Origin: Octopus sinensis
Lineage: Eukaryota
Reading direction: 5' to 3'
Assembly: GCF_006345805.1 (NCBI RefSeq)
Contig: NW_021832385.1
Coordinates: 2,444-66,443 of the forward strand
Length of the DNA: 64,000 nucleotides
Part shown: positions 25,088-38,485 of the stretch, in pieces
Numbering within the stretch: position 1 is the first letter of the stretch
Layout: each line of letters starts with the position of its first letter
Made by a program: the position numbers and the translations under genes
The notes under the pieces: generated by a model
What the model was told of the DNA's origin: nothing
Seen by the model: the letters and a program-made list of their open reading frames with translations, nothing else
Databases searched by the model: none

Positions 25088-28000
25088 TCCATCCAGGCGT
25101 TGTTTGTACGAGCCTGGAAATGCGCCGACGGAGATAGCCCTAACAATGTGATTACGGCTGCGCTGAAGAGCGGCAGCTACAAAAGGACAATAGCTCAGAT
25201 AGAGCGAAAGAAACAGGAATTCATACGCTCCTATGCGCTTGTACGGTCGCACATTGGCACACTTGATGCCATTTTTGAGAACGAGCAGGGCAAAGATGGC
25301 AAGGATGGAGACGATGAAAGAAGTCACCCCCACCTGGTGGACACCCGGGAAGGGGTTTTGAACGAGAAACCTGCCCGGGAAGTGAACCCGAGTACAAGTG
25401 CTCCTACCGACAGCAAGGGCCATGGAGATGGAGAACCCAGGGAAGAAGTAGAGGGAGGAAGAACAAAAAGAAGGACTGAAAGAGATAAAGGAAAAGCTCA
25501 AGCAGGACCAAAGGGTGAAACAGCCAGGAATAGAAGCGGAACCGCAAGGGATGGAAACAAACAGCGCACACGGGTGTGTAGGTTCTACCTGAGAGGTACC
25601 TGCTGGCATGGAGAGGAAGGTGCAGGCTGCCGCTTTGCACATCGGGGACTCTGCCGCAGAGACACGAAACGAAAACAGATAAACAAACCATCAACACAAG
25701 GAAAAGGGATGGACCACGCACCACCTGCCCCAAAACGGAGGTACGCAGATGTGGTGCGTGCCACGAACCGCCAACATGATGTTGTTGAAAGGGCAGCTGC
25801 TGAGCAAGAATCCTTTTTGTGCATGGCACAAAAGATTGTACAGCAGCTGACCTGGCTTCATCAAACCCAAGCTCGCACAATATACAAGACCACCACAGCA
25901 AACAGACCCAAGATGGACACCGCCGGCAACAACATCCACCTCACCTCGATGCTCCTACTGAACATCAGAGGACTGCAAACACTCAGTAACAGGACAAAAA
26001 ACCGGTTCTTGAGAGACTTTGTCGCATGCAATCAAGCCTTATGCATAGCACTCACGGAAACGCACCTGAAACCGGACATAGCAGATGCGGAATTACACAT
26101 CCACAGTATGTTGTACTACGGACCGACAGAAAAGAAAGGAGTCATGGAGGAGTTGCTATGTACATCCGTGAGGACCTCACACCCCAGGTCCTTTTGTCAT
26201 ACTCAAACTCGGTGTGTGACACACTAATTGTACACATAAGGCAACTTGATGTAGTTGTGTGTGCTACATATCGCACTCCAGATGCCCCAAGCCATGTGGG
26301 CAAGTTTGAAGACTGCCTTATAAAAATAGAAGTTCTAATCACATTAGAACAACACATAAGTGTACTTCTCATGGGAGACTTCAATCAACACAATGTCAGA
26401 TGGCCTGAGGGCCTTTCTCTCCCAGGAATGACAAGATGTGAACGAGGACAGGCGAGGTCCCTCCTGAACCTCATCAACACCCTTTACATGGAGCAAGTAA
26501 TACTCCAACCAACAAGGGCAGGTAACACACTGGATCTCTGCTTCACAAATAATATGGATCTCATCCATAATGTGAAAGTGACACCGACACTACTCTCGGA
26601 TCACAACATGGTAGAGCTGACCATGTACGGGCCAAAGAGAGCATGCATGCAGCCTACAAGAAACCCTCAGAATCTTTCCAGCTTGAACTACCATGAGGCA
26701 CCTGGAAACAAATTGAGAAAGAGATCCTCAAACAAAACTGGCCTAAATGTCTCTCCTCGCCAGACATCGACGTGAAACTTCAACAATTCATGTCTGTAAC
26801 GCAAGCCATATGCTACAAATGTGTCCCAGAGAGAAAGGCCACTGTACACAAGAACAAAATCCCCAGAGAGAGGAAAATTTTAATGAGACGGCGTACAAAA
26901 ATTTCAAATCACCTAAACAAACAGATTGAAAGCAGTGAAAAGTCCCGCCTGAAAATTAAACTGTTGGAAATTGAAAAATGTCTGCAACTCTCCCATGAAA
27001 AGGAAAGAGCAGACAAAGAAGCCTGGGCTATAGAAAAATCTAACCCCAGAGCTTTCTACAAGTATGCCAAAGAAACAGCTACAGTGCACTGTAAGATAGG
27101 GCCACTCCTTGAAAAGGATGGCACACTTACAGGAAAACCAATGAGGGTAAGTGAAATACTGAATGAGCAATTCAAGAGTGTTTTCACTCCACACCTCGGG
27201 CATTTCCAAATCACAAATCCAACTGACTTTTTTACCACTGCAGATATAAAATCAGAGGCGGCGACGATAAATTACATCGATATAAAGGAAGACGATGTAA
27301 TAAAGGCTATAGATGAAATGAAAACAGACTCAGCTACTGGCCCCGATGGATTCCCGGCAATCCTCCTAAAAGTATGTAAGAGAGTCCTAGCAAGACCACT
27401 GCAGTTCCTCTTTCAGAGCTTCCTTGCAGCTGGCAAACTTCCAAGAAAACTGAAGGAAGGTAAAATATGACCCATTCATAAAGGAGGCAGCAGAGCGGAG
27501 GCCAAGAACTACAGACCTATCTCTCTGACCGCACACATCAGCAAGGTCATGGAACGAATAGTCAGAAGGAAACTGATCCCCTTCCTTGAAGAAAATGGCT
27601 TGCTGCCCGACACCCAACATGGTTTCCGACCGGGGAGAAGCTGTTTAACTCAGCTCCTACAACACTATGACTGGGTGCTGAAACAACTGCTCAACCACTC
27701 AAATGTGGAAGTGATATATCTCGACTTTGAAAAGGCCTTTGATAAAGTCGATCATGGAATGATATGTCACAAACTGCGTGATCTTGGCATAGTTGGAAAA
27801 TTGGGAGAATGGCTTCATGACTTTCTGAAGAATAGAAGTCAGGTGGTAGCAGCCAATGGGGCCACTTCCATTAACACGCAAATAGTGAGCGGTGTTCCGC
27901 AGGGCACTGTTTTGGGACCACTACAGTTCATAATGGCCCTCTCAGACATGCCCTCAGCCACGCAGAGAGCCACGATCACAAGTTATGCAGATGATACAAA

Positions 28001-28990
28001 AGTTTCACAGGCAATACAGAACCCTGAGGACACTAAGCACCTGCAATGTGAGCTGGACGAAATATACAAGTGGGCTGAAAAGAATAGCATGCAGTTCAAT
28101 GCTGAAAAGTTTCAAGCTTTATACTATCAGCATGCAAAACTAAATGCAATACCCAATGAATACACTGGTCCCAGAGGGATTGCAATCCCAGAGGCACAAT
28201 CAGTGCGTGACCTGGGTATTCACATGAGTGACGACGCAACCTTTCACGTACATGTTGCTAAACTGGCAATGAAATGTAGACGGCTGGCTGGATGGATTCT
28301 TAGAAACTTTAGAACAAGAGAACAAGAAACCATGATGTTCCTCCTGAAGACACTTGTCCTAAGCCACTTTGACTATTGCTCTCAGCTATGATCACCATCC
28401 AGTGTCAAGTTCATCACAGAACTTGAGGCGATCCAACGAAGCTACACGAAGAAGATAGCCTCTGTGCAGCATATGAGCTACTGGGAAAGACTCAAGAGAT
28501 TAAAGCTCTATTCCCTGGAGCGTAGGCGAGAAAGATATGCCATAATATATATCTGGAAGATCCTGAAAGGACTTGTCCCAGACTTTGGCATCGAGAGTCA
28601 CACAAATGCCAGAACAGGACGTCACTGCGTAGAACCAAGGACTCCAAATTTGCCATCAAGACGTAGGACAAGATATTGTGATAGCCTGGGCTTCAGAGGC
28701 CCACAGCTCTTCAATATCCTCCCGAAGAACCTGAGGGACCTGCATGGTGTAGATGCGGATGTCTTTAAAGTAGGACTAGATCTCTTCCTGTCAGGTGTCC
28801 CGGATGAACCAACTTCACGGCAGGAGGTGCAGATGAGGGCAGCTGCATCGAACTCTCTCATGCATCAGATGGCGTTTGCTAAAAAGCATCCGTGAGGTAA
28901 AATCGTGTAGCAAACCAAATGGCGGTGCCCCAGCATGGCCACAGCTCATTAGCTGAAACTGGAAAATCAAAATCAATCAAAATCAAAATC
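25088..28990 (+). mobile_element. Near full-length LINE copy B (Myb/SANT-like, CCCH, APE, RT)
   Basis: ORF 25100-26227 joins the Myb-like region, CRFYLRGTCWHGEEGAGCRFAH and LLLNIRGL..LTETHL; RT in 27549-28391 with YADD; (AAATC)n-like tail. Confidence 0.93.
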
Positions 28991-29018
28991 ATATGATATA
29001 TATATATATATATATATG

Positions 29019-29052
<34 letters not shown>

Positions 29053-29078
29053 ATGATATATATATATATATATATATG

Positions 29079-29113
<35 letters not shown>

Positions 29114-29121
29114 ATATATAT

Positions 29122-29170
<49 letters not shown>

Positions 29171-29181
29171 ATATTATATAT

Positions 29182-29275
<94 letters not shown>

Positions 29276-29440
29276 AGATGGCTAGCAGCAGGCTGTTTCG
29301 CCTCATACCGAAGGAATTAGAAACGGCAGTCAAAGACCGTTTTTTCCATTTTCTATAAGTGAGATTCCAAAAACGAAGCCCTTACGGCTCACATACACAA
29401 AACCGGAGTGGCAAATATACGAAAGCAATCACTTACCGTT

Positions 29441-29507
29441 ATAGCGAACACGTGTTTCTGGATCACAAACATAGAAAAAGTAGTTTGAATTCCGTCATCA
29501 GCGCTAT
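29441..29507 (-). ncRNA. Type I hammerhead ribozyme (F549)
   Basis: Reverse complement: atagcg CTGATGA cggaattcaaac...gtttgtgatcca GAAA cacgtg TT cgctat. Confidence 0.8.
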
Positions 29508-29990
29508 ATTCGATAGCTTTACCAAATGCCACCAGCCCTCACTTCTGACCCAGCGACATCAGATAGTGGGGGGAAGTGCGCAGATGTTAAAACTAAGTAA
29601 CGACTGGGAACGTAAATTTTCCCTCCAAAATCCTGCCATGCGCGCCTTCTGGGTAATCGTAATGGAATGAGGATCCCACATGGTAATGCAATAAAATGGT
29701 AAATAATTTTCCTGTGGTTTTTCATGTAACCAACAATTATTTACCGGTAAATTTCGGTATGTAAATACGACAAATTAATTGTCAGGACCTTTGTAAGGTT
29801 CAGTAAATAGTAAAGAAAATAAGATGGCTAGCAGCAGGCTATTTCGCCTCATACCGAAGGAATTAGAAATGGCAGTCAAAGACCGTTTTTTTCCATTTTC
29901 TATAAGTGGAGATTCCAAAAACGAAGGCCCTTACGGCTCACATACACAAAACCGGAGTGGCAAATATACGAAAGCAATCACTTACCGTTA

Positions 29991-30057
29991 ATAGCGAACA
30001 CGTGTTTCTGGATCACAAACATAGAAAAAGTAGTTTGAATTCCGTCATCAGCGCTAT
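29991..30057 (-). ncRNA. Type I hammerhead ribozyme (F549)
   Basis: Same motif as 29441-29507. Confidence 0.8.
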
Positions 30058-31254
30058 ATTCGATAGCTTTACCAAATGCCACCAGCCCTCACTTCTGACC
30101 CAGCGACATCAGATAGTGGGGGGAAGTGCGCAGATGTTAAAACTAAGTAACGACTGGGAACGTAAATTTTCCCTCCAAAATCCTGCCATGCGCGCCTTCT
30201 GGGTAATCGTAATGGAATGAGGAATCCACATGGTAATGCAATAAACATGGTAAATAATTTTCCTGTGGTTTTTCATGTAACCAACAATTATTTACCGATA
30301 AATTTCGGTATGTAAATACGACAAATTAATTGTCAGGACCTTTGTAAGGTTCAGTATATAGTAAAGAAAATAAGATGGCTAGCAGCAGGCTATTTCGCCT
30401 CATACCGAAGGAATTAGAAATGGCAGTCAAAGACCGTTTTTTCCATTTTCTATAAGTGGAGATTCCAAAAACGAAGACCCTTACGGCTCACATACACAAA
30501 ACCGGAGTGGCAAATATACGAAAGCAATCACTTACCGTTAATAGCGAACATTATTTCTGGATCACTAACATAGAAAAAGTAGTTTGAATTCCGTCATCAG
30601 CGCTATATTCGATAGCTTTACCAAATGCCACCAGCCCTCACTTCTGACCCAGCGACATCAGATAGTGGGGGGAAGTGCGCAGATGTTAAAACTAAGTAAC
30701 GACTGGGAACGTAAATTTTCCCTCCAAAATCCTGCCATGCGCGCCTTCTGGGTAATCGTAATGGAATGAGGAATCCACATGGTAATGCAATAAAAATGGT
30801 AAATAATTTTCCTGTGGTTTTTCATGTAACCAACAATTATTTACCGGTAAATTTCGGTATGTAAATACGACAAATTAATTGTCAGGACCTTTGTAAGGTT
30901 CAGTAAATAGTAAAGAAAATAAGATGGCTAGCAGCAGGCTATTTCGCCTCATACCGAAGGAATTAGAAATGGCAGTCAATGACCGTTTTTTCCATTTTCT
31001 ATAAGTGGAGATTCCAAAAACGAAGGCCCTTACGGCTCACATACACAAAACCGGAGTGGCAAATATACGAAAGCAATCACTTACCGTTAATAGCGAACAC
31101 GTGTTATATACGTATATACATATATATAATATATATATATATTATATATATATACATATATATACGTATATACATATATATATATATATTATGATATATA
31201 TGATATATATATATATATATTATATAATATATATATATATATATTATATATATA

Positions 31255-31299
<45 letters not shown>

Positions 31300-31319
31300 A
31301 TATACATATGATATATATT

Positions 31320-32348
31320 TCCGTCACCGTGTTGTATACTTTCGAGGTTTTCTTCCAAGGAATCTAATGCGATTGGCTTAGATTTCCCTTGGCGGGCTGC
31401 CCAGATTGGAGCAATCTCAAGATTAATCAGCCGAAATTGCGAAGATGATCTGGTTCTTGACTGATGACTGAGAGCTTCGATAGTCCCGTCTGTGTGTTTT
31501 TTGCCGTCTTCAAATTGTTTCACGTTCTTGTCCCAGTTTGTGTTTTTTTAACGTTTACCTATATACATGGCGGCTACGTACCCTACCCTTTAACCCTATA
31601 CTGTAAGTATATTACTCTCTAACATTGGTACGACTCGACTACTCTGTCTCTTTTTCCCCCCTCTCCTACTTTTCTCTGCCTTCACCCTTTTCACTCCCCT
31701 TGTTCCGTCTCTTTCCCTCTTTTTCTTCTCCTCCCTTGTTCCCCTTCTTTCTTTCTCTCTTCCTCCGTCCCTCCTCTCCCACATTTCTCTGCCTCTCAGA
31801 CCTTATACCCCACTTGACCTGTCCCTTTCCCTCTCCTGCTTCTCTCTTCATCTGTCCCTTCCTCCTTTTTGTGCTCACGTGACCAGCTAGCTACTACTGC
31901 CTTTCGCATCAAGTAGTTGGCGTGACCACACGTATGTGTTCGTGCTCCGTTTGCCTTCAGGCACTTATTCCACAGCCAGCCTATACCCTCCTCGTCCTGT
32001 CGAAAGACGCTTGTCCTGACGTCCTGGTTTTGTTATGATTGTTTTTACGTTATTTTGTATTTTTATCCGTGCTATCTTTATTGTTTTTACGTATTTTTGA
32101 ATTTTTTTCGAGTAACATCGTCCGTTTTCCCGTCACCGTGTTGTATACTTTCGAGGTTTTCTTCCAAGGAATCTAATGCGATTGGCTTATATTTCCCTTG
32201 GCGGGCTGCCCAGATTGGGGCAATCTCAAGATTAATCAGCCGAAATTGCGAAGATGATCTGGTTCTTGACTGATGACTGAGTGTTTTTTTGCCGTCTTCA
32301 AATTGTTTCACGTTCTTGTCCCAGTTTGTGTTTTTTTTAACGTTTACC
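31320..32348. repeat. Two ~230 bp direct repeats around a CT-rich segment; unclassified
   Basis: ccgtcaccgtgttgtatac...aacgtttaccta at 31320-31561 and ~32119-32350. Confidence 0.75.
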
Positions 32349-32423
32349 TATATATATATATATATATATATATCATATATATATATTATATATATATATA
32401 TATATATAGATATATATATATAT

Positions 32424-32474
<51 letters not shown>

Positions 32475-32877
32475 ATATATATATATATCATATATATATA
32501 TATGATATATATATATATATATATATATGATATATATTATGATATATATATGTATATATATGATATATATATATGATATATATATATATTGATATATACA
32601 TATATATATATTATATGATATATATAATATATATCATATATATATATATACGTATATACATATATATATATTATACATATATATATATATACGTATATAC
32701 ATATATATATATATATATATGATATACATGATATATATTATATATGACATATATATATGATATATATACATATGATATATATATATATATATGATTATAT
32801 ATGATATATACATATGATTTATATATATATATATGATATATATATATTTATATATATATATATGATATATATATATA

Positions 32878-32919
<42 letters not shown>

Positions 32920-32984
32920 TATATATATATATATATAATTATAATATATGAGATATATATATACTCTTTTACTCTTTTACTTGT

Positions 32985-33030
32985 TTCACCATCCGGCTGA
33001 GGCCATGCTGGGGCACCGCCCTTGTTGCTA
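32985..33030 (-). mobile_element. Remnant LINE 3' UTR motif
   Basis: ggccatgctggggcaccgcc is the reverse complement of the LINE 3' motif. Confidence 0.7.
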
Positions 33031-33140
33031 CCCTCTCTAAGTCCAATATTATATATATATTATATATATATATATATATAATATATATGAATAATATATA
33101 TATATATATATATATAATATATAAATATATATTATATATG

Positions 33141-33190
<50 letters not shown>

Positions 33191-33191
33191 T

Positions 33192-33228
<37 letters not shown>

Positions 33229-33336
33229 CTATATATATAATGATATATATATATATATGATATATATATGTATATATGATATATATATATATATATATAT
33301 GATTATATATATATGTTTATATGATATATATATATA

Positions 33337-33411
<75 letters not shown>

Positions 33412-33457
33412 ATATATATACTATATATGATATATATATATATATATATTTATATAT

Positions 33458-33820
33458 TGTGAAATAGAAAGATGAATAATCTTGTTGCAGATTAATCAAA
33501 AGTTTAACCGATACCTTGGTAGCAAAAATCACAGCAGAAGACAGCACGGTTGGAGGTACAACCATATGGTGTTGCAACCGTGCGTTGGTGCGGATAATTG
33601 AATTTTAATATTATTATTGAATTGAAGAAATTGAGTTGACGAAGATTGAACAGAAATCGTTTTATTTCATTCTACACGTGTTTCGAAAGGCACAATTTAC
33701 CAAATCCGATTGAATAATGAGACCATATTGTGTCTTTCTCTTCAGGAAGAAATAGGAAATCCGTTGGAAAAAACAAAAACAGAACAGAGCGGAGCAAAAA
33801 CCAAATCGAACTAGCCTAGT

Positions 33821-33822
<2 letters not shown>
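33458..33822 (-). repeat. HHR-bearing pLTR-like repeat (F390), copy 1
   Basis: Homologous to 50393-50697. Confidence 0.85.
33666..33751 (-). ncRNA. Hammerhead ribozyme with ~55-nt stem II (F390)
   Basis: Reverse complement: ttc CTGAAGA gaaag...ctttc GAAA cacgtg TA gaa. Confidence 0.78.
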
Positions 33823-33867
<45 letters not shown>

Positions 33868-33994
33868 ATATATATATATATTATATATATATATATATAT
33901 ATGATATATATATATATATAATATATATATATATGATATATATATATATATGATTTATATCATATAATATATATATATATATATATAATATATA

Positions 33995-34035
<41 letters not shown>

Positions 34036-34038
34036 GAT

Positions 34039-34082
<44 letters not shown>

Positions 34083-34273
34083 ATATATATATATATGATA
34101 TATATACATATATATAATATATATATAATATATATATATATGACATATATATATTTATATATATGATCTATATAATATATATATGATCTATATTATATAT
34201 ATATGATATATATATTATATATATGATATATGTATCTATATATAAATATCTATATATATATCTCATATATATA

Positions 34274-34342
<69 letters not shown>

Positions 34343-34343
<1 letters not shown>

Positions 34344-35264
34344 CAGCTGGACACAATATACAGGTGGGCTGAGGACAACAACATGCAGTTAATGCATGTA
34401 AATTCCAGGCCCTGCGCTACTGGCACACAAAGGTAAATGACGTGAAGACTGGATACACTGGCCCAGGAAGAATTGCAATCCCTGAGTCAAAATCAGTGCG
34501 TGACATGGGCATTGACATGAGCAATGATGCATCTTTCCAAGTGCTTAATGCTAATCTGGTGATAAAATGCAGACGGCTGGCTGGATGGATTCTCCGAACT
34601 TTCAGAACAAGATAGAAGGGGACACTGATGGTCCTCTGGAAAACATTCGTACTCAGCCGCTTGGACTACTGCTCCCAACTTTGGTCACCACACAATATAA
34701 AACTAACAGCAGAACTCGAAGCACTTCAGAGAAGCTACACAAAGAAGATCGTCTGAATGCAAAATATCAGCTACTGGGAAAGACTGAAAGTATTAAACCT
34801 CTTCTCCCTAGAGCGGAGGCGGGAGAGATATGCCGTGATATACATCTGGAAAATCCTGGAGGGTCTTGTCCCAAACTTTGGCATTCAAAGTTACTCCAAC
34901 CGCAGAACGGGGCGCCACTGCATGGTGCCAAGGATTCCAACATCACCATCAAAATACAGGTCCAGATACTGCAACAGCTTGGGTTTCAGAGGACCACAGC
35001 TCTTTAACTTCCTCCCTAAATGCCTGAGAGACTTACATGGTGTGGATGTGGGTTTCTTTAAAACTAAACTGGATCTCTTCTTGTTGGGAGTCCCAGATGA
35101 ACCTACCTCACAACAGGAGACGCGGATGCAGGCAGCAGCATCGAACTCCCTTGTTGATCAAGTGCCACGTATCAGAGGTGGATTCTCAAATTAGTGTAGC
35201 TCATTCAGCGGTGGTGCCCCAGCATGGCCGCGGCCTTCGGGCTAAAACATTTTTAAGGATTTAA

Positions 35265-35268
<4 letters not shown>
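34343..35268 (+). mobile_element. 5'-truncated Myb-LINE family copy C (3' end)
   Basis: LDTIYRWAEDNNMQ; FSLERRRERYAVIYIWK; gtgccccagcatggcc; closely resembles 62145-63056. Confidence 0.9.
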
Positions 35269-35306
<38 letters not shown>

Positions 35307-35308
<2 letters not shown>

Positions 35309-36215
35309 GGAATTTACAAAAAAAACTAGACGAAGATGGGTGTGTAAACAACAAACAGATGTTTTACACTCGGGAAATGAGAAAATCTTTTACATTTTGA
35401 ACCTACGCTCTTCGACAGAAAGGAACCCAAAAATAAACAGGGAGAGAAAATAGTTTAGTGGTTAATGATCTATCATGGCGAATGCTGGACAGAGGGGTCG
35501 CACAGGAGAGCTAGGATGAAGGGGGGATAATAAAGTAGTGCTGATCTCAAAACGAAGGTTCGTATGCATGTGTATGTGAGAGTATGTATGTGCCTGTGGA
35601 AGGGGGCTTGTTATATTGACGTGTGCATATGTAGGTGTGTGGATGATTGTATAGGTGCTGGGAAGTAGTCAGTGCTAGTGATGTGATGTAGTGTGGTGTG
35701 ATGGTGTGTGGTATGGTGTGGTGGAGGTGAGAGTGGGGGAAGCAAGGGTTGGTGTCTAACGGATGGGGTAGAGTGGGATGGGATGTATAATGATGGGGGG
35801 TTGGAATGTTTAGGGGTGGATAACGAGGCACAGGGTGATGATGAAGGGAGAGGGTGGAAGAGAGAAGGTTGGTAGGAGTGAAGAGAGTAAGTAGGTGCTA
35901 GAGCAAGAGAGGAGGGGTAGGTGTGAGGGGAAGAGAGGAGAGGAGGGTTAGAGGAAGCGAGAGGAGAGTTGAGCCCATGTGGTGCAAAGGAGCGAAGGGA
36001 GTAGATTAATCCCTGCTCATGGCAAAGACGGGAATCCGGATGGACCCTGTGCAAGGACAGTCCGAACACAGACAGGTGTTGTAAAGAGTGACCGGCAGAG
36101 CAGAAATGGCACGAGACCATCGTGTCGTTGCCGAGACGAATGTCTCGGAGGTATTCCAAGAACCAGTCAGCCAGGCGGCGTCCCGTTTCACTGATTATAG
36201 AGAAGAGAAGAGACA
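35307..36215 (-). mobile_element. Neptune-type PLE 3' end (GIY-YIG C-terminus, CT-rich 3' UTR, pLTR)
   Basis: Minus strand reads YISETGRRLADWFLEYLRDIR..HFCSAGHS..EQGLIYSLRSFAPHGLN at ~35960-36205. Confidence 0.8.
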
Positions 36216-36570
36216 GCAGGAGATGCAGCAGATGATGTTGTGAGAAGTTCAGATGAAGGAGTCAGTGATATGATAAGGTCGATGATGGGAGCCTGTGAGG
36301 AGGGTGATGCTGGAGAGGTAAGGGCAAGTACGGTAGCGTGGGCCGGAGCAGGGGAACGAGCCGGATTGGGAAGTTGGGTTAGGGAAGAAGCTGTGGACCA
36401 AGAGGTCTCGTTGTTACCACATCAGTCTGTTGCTACCATTCCTCCAGATCTTCCTCTCACTGAAGCAGGGTGCTCACTCCTCAATAGTGGTCTGCTCATC
36501 ATCCCACTCACTCTATCCAGCAATGAATTTCGTGCCGATACCCACAGTTTTGTGCGCCAGGTTAGGGAAA
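36216..36570 (+). mobile_element. PLE RT N-terminal fragment, opposite in orientation to the adjacent endonuclease
   Basis: VATIPPDLPLTEAGCSLLNSGL..EFRADTHSFVRQVR resembles the PLE pre-RT motif (LS..E..LL.KGL.F.P). Confidence 0.6.
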
Positions 36571-36779
36571 CAACAGTAGGAAAAAGCAGAAAGTACAAAA
36601 AAGTTTACAAAATTTCAAATTTCAAAAGCTTCAAACGTCATGGTGTAAAGCAACGAATATTTTCAAAAACTAACGAAGGAAATAAGTGGATATTTTACCG
36701 GTGAGTGTCTTAGTTTATAAGGCACCAAAAGAAAATGACTCTCCCCAGACACAACAGTATGTACCTATATGTATACATA

Positions 36780-36977
36780 GTGAGAATTTACCAAAAAAAA
36801 ACAACAAAAGACGAAGATGGGTGTGTAAACAATAAGCAGATGTATTAATTTAACGCTCGGCAAGTGAAAAAGTCTTTTACGTTTCAAGCCTACGCTCTTC
36901 GACAGAAAGGGACACAGAAATAAACAGGGAAAGAAAATAGAAAAAGGTGTAGTGGCTAGGGATCTATCATGGCGAAT
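36780..36977 (-). repeat. Second copy of the pLTR at 35307-35500, with an atypical HHR-like motif
   Basis: gacgaagatgggtgtgtaaac shared; reverse complement cttt CTGTCGA agagcgtaggctt GAAA cg TA aaag at 36874-36909. Confidence 0.7.
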
Positions 36978-36984
36978 GATATGT

Positions 36985-37028
<44 letters not shown>

Positions 37029-37029
37029 A

Positions 37030-37105
<76 letters not shown>

Positions 37106-37419
37106 TATATACATAAATATATATATATATAACTACCCTGAAACATGTCTGCAGATGTCTGACCCACAAGTGAAGCGGCTGACCTCCCCTGTTCGAAGGT
37201 TGTAATGGACGCAGGTTCGTGTGTCATATAGCTAGCTAGAGGCGATGGCCTCTTGGAGCTAATCAGCGACAGCTTTAATCTTATCTTTATGGACTGCCAT
37301 ATTAGTTTGGCGATAACTATTAATATATAAATATATATATACATATATGTATATATACATATATATATATGTAAATATATACATATATATATAATATCCT
37401 TAAATAATTCCAAGACTGA

Positions 37420-38250
37420 ACACTATCCCCCCCCCAGTTGTAATTGTAGGATTAGATCAAATTGTCCGGTATCTGGTCGTTGTTCGGTCCAAAATGTAAT
37501 TTATAAATGCACGATAACTTCTAACAATAGCTTTCTTTATTTCGGATGTTCAGTAGATTTTAAAAAACGTCTCAACAATCATTTTTCCTCTTTGAGACTA
37601 AAACATAAGGCAGGTCGCACTACACTATCTAGCAAAATTTGGGAACTAAAAACAAATAATATATGATTCAACCTAAAATGGGATATAGTTAGAAGGGCGA
37701 AACCTTATAGAAATAGTAGGGAAGGTTGTCAACTTTGTTCTATGGAAACTTATGAAATTTTAAAGCATCGAAGTAATAAAATCTGTTGAATAATCGTCTG
37801 GAGTTGGGAGCATCTTGCATACATTCCACAACTCGAACGTTTAAATACTTTAAATAAAAATTTCAACTTTTATTATAATAATATTAAGAAATATACTATA
37901 CTAGCCTTCAACTTAACTTTCATAGATGACTAGAATAACTTCACTGTAATCTTGAAATTGGAACTCTTCCTAAATCTAATCTAGTTTAAAATTTAAAGCT
38001 GTAGTTTTGGTCAGTTAGCGACTGAACTTCACAACCTCATATGTTCTTAAAATTTAAATCTACATCTTTATCTGTATATCTACCTTCTCTAAAATGTTAC
38101 TACTTGATTTGAAAGCTTTTATATTATTGGAAAACCTATATAATTGGCTGAAGAGCATTCAGCATCTTAAATCTGCTGTAATTCTTACAACTTTTAATAA
38201 AATGTTGTAGTACGAAACAATTGTACCAAATTACCGGAGTCATTCTTGTT
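37420..38250 (+). mobile_element. Naiad-type PLE 3' end: GIY-YIG remnant plus pLTR
   Basis: CNCRIRSNCPVSGRC..VIYKC..YFG..TTLSSKIWELK..CQLC..CIH at ~37430-37830. Confidence 0.85.
38144..38229 (+). ncRNA. Hammerhead ribozyme with branched 59-nt stem II
   Basis: ttgg CTGAAGA [59 nt] GAAA caattg TA ccaa. Confidence 0.75.
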
Positions 38251-38485
38251 GCTATTTTTGATTATATATACGTATATCTATATATACATATATATGTATA
38301 GATATATACATATATATATGTATATATACATATATATATATGTAAATATATATACATATTTATATATATACATATATATATGTATATGTATACATATATT
38401 TATATATATATATATGTGTGTATATGTACACATATATTTATATATATACATAAACAAGAAAAAAGCAACAAGAATGGATTTGTTG

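Larger units (their letters stand above)
29274..31105 (-). repeat. HHR-bearing ~549 bp tandem repeat (F549), ~3.3 units
   Basis: taagatggctagc at 29274, 29820, 30371, 30920. Confidence 0.93.

Noticed and set aside
29906-30220. 104-aa ORF repeated in each F549 unit
   Set aside because: GTG start, antisense to the HHR, no recognisable motif; recurrence only reflects repeat identity. An HMM search or ribosome profiling could revive it
31455-31500. CTGATGA motif in the orphan direct repeat
   Set aside because: No downstream GAAA, stem III or stem I partner found
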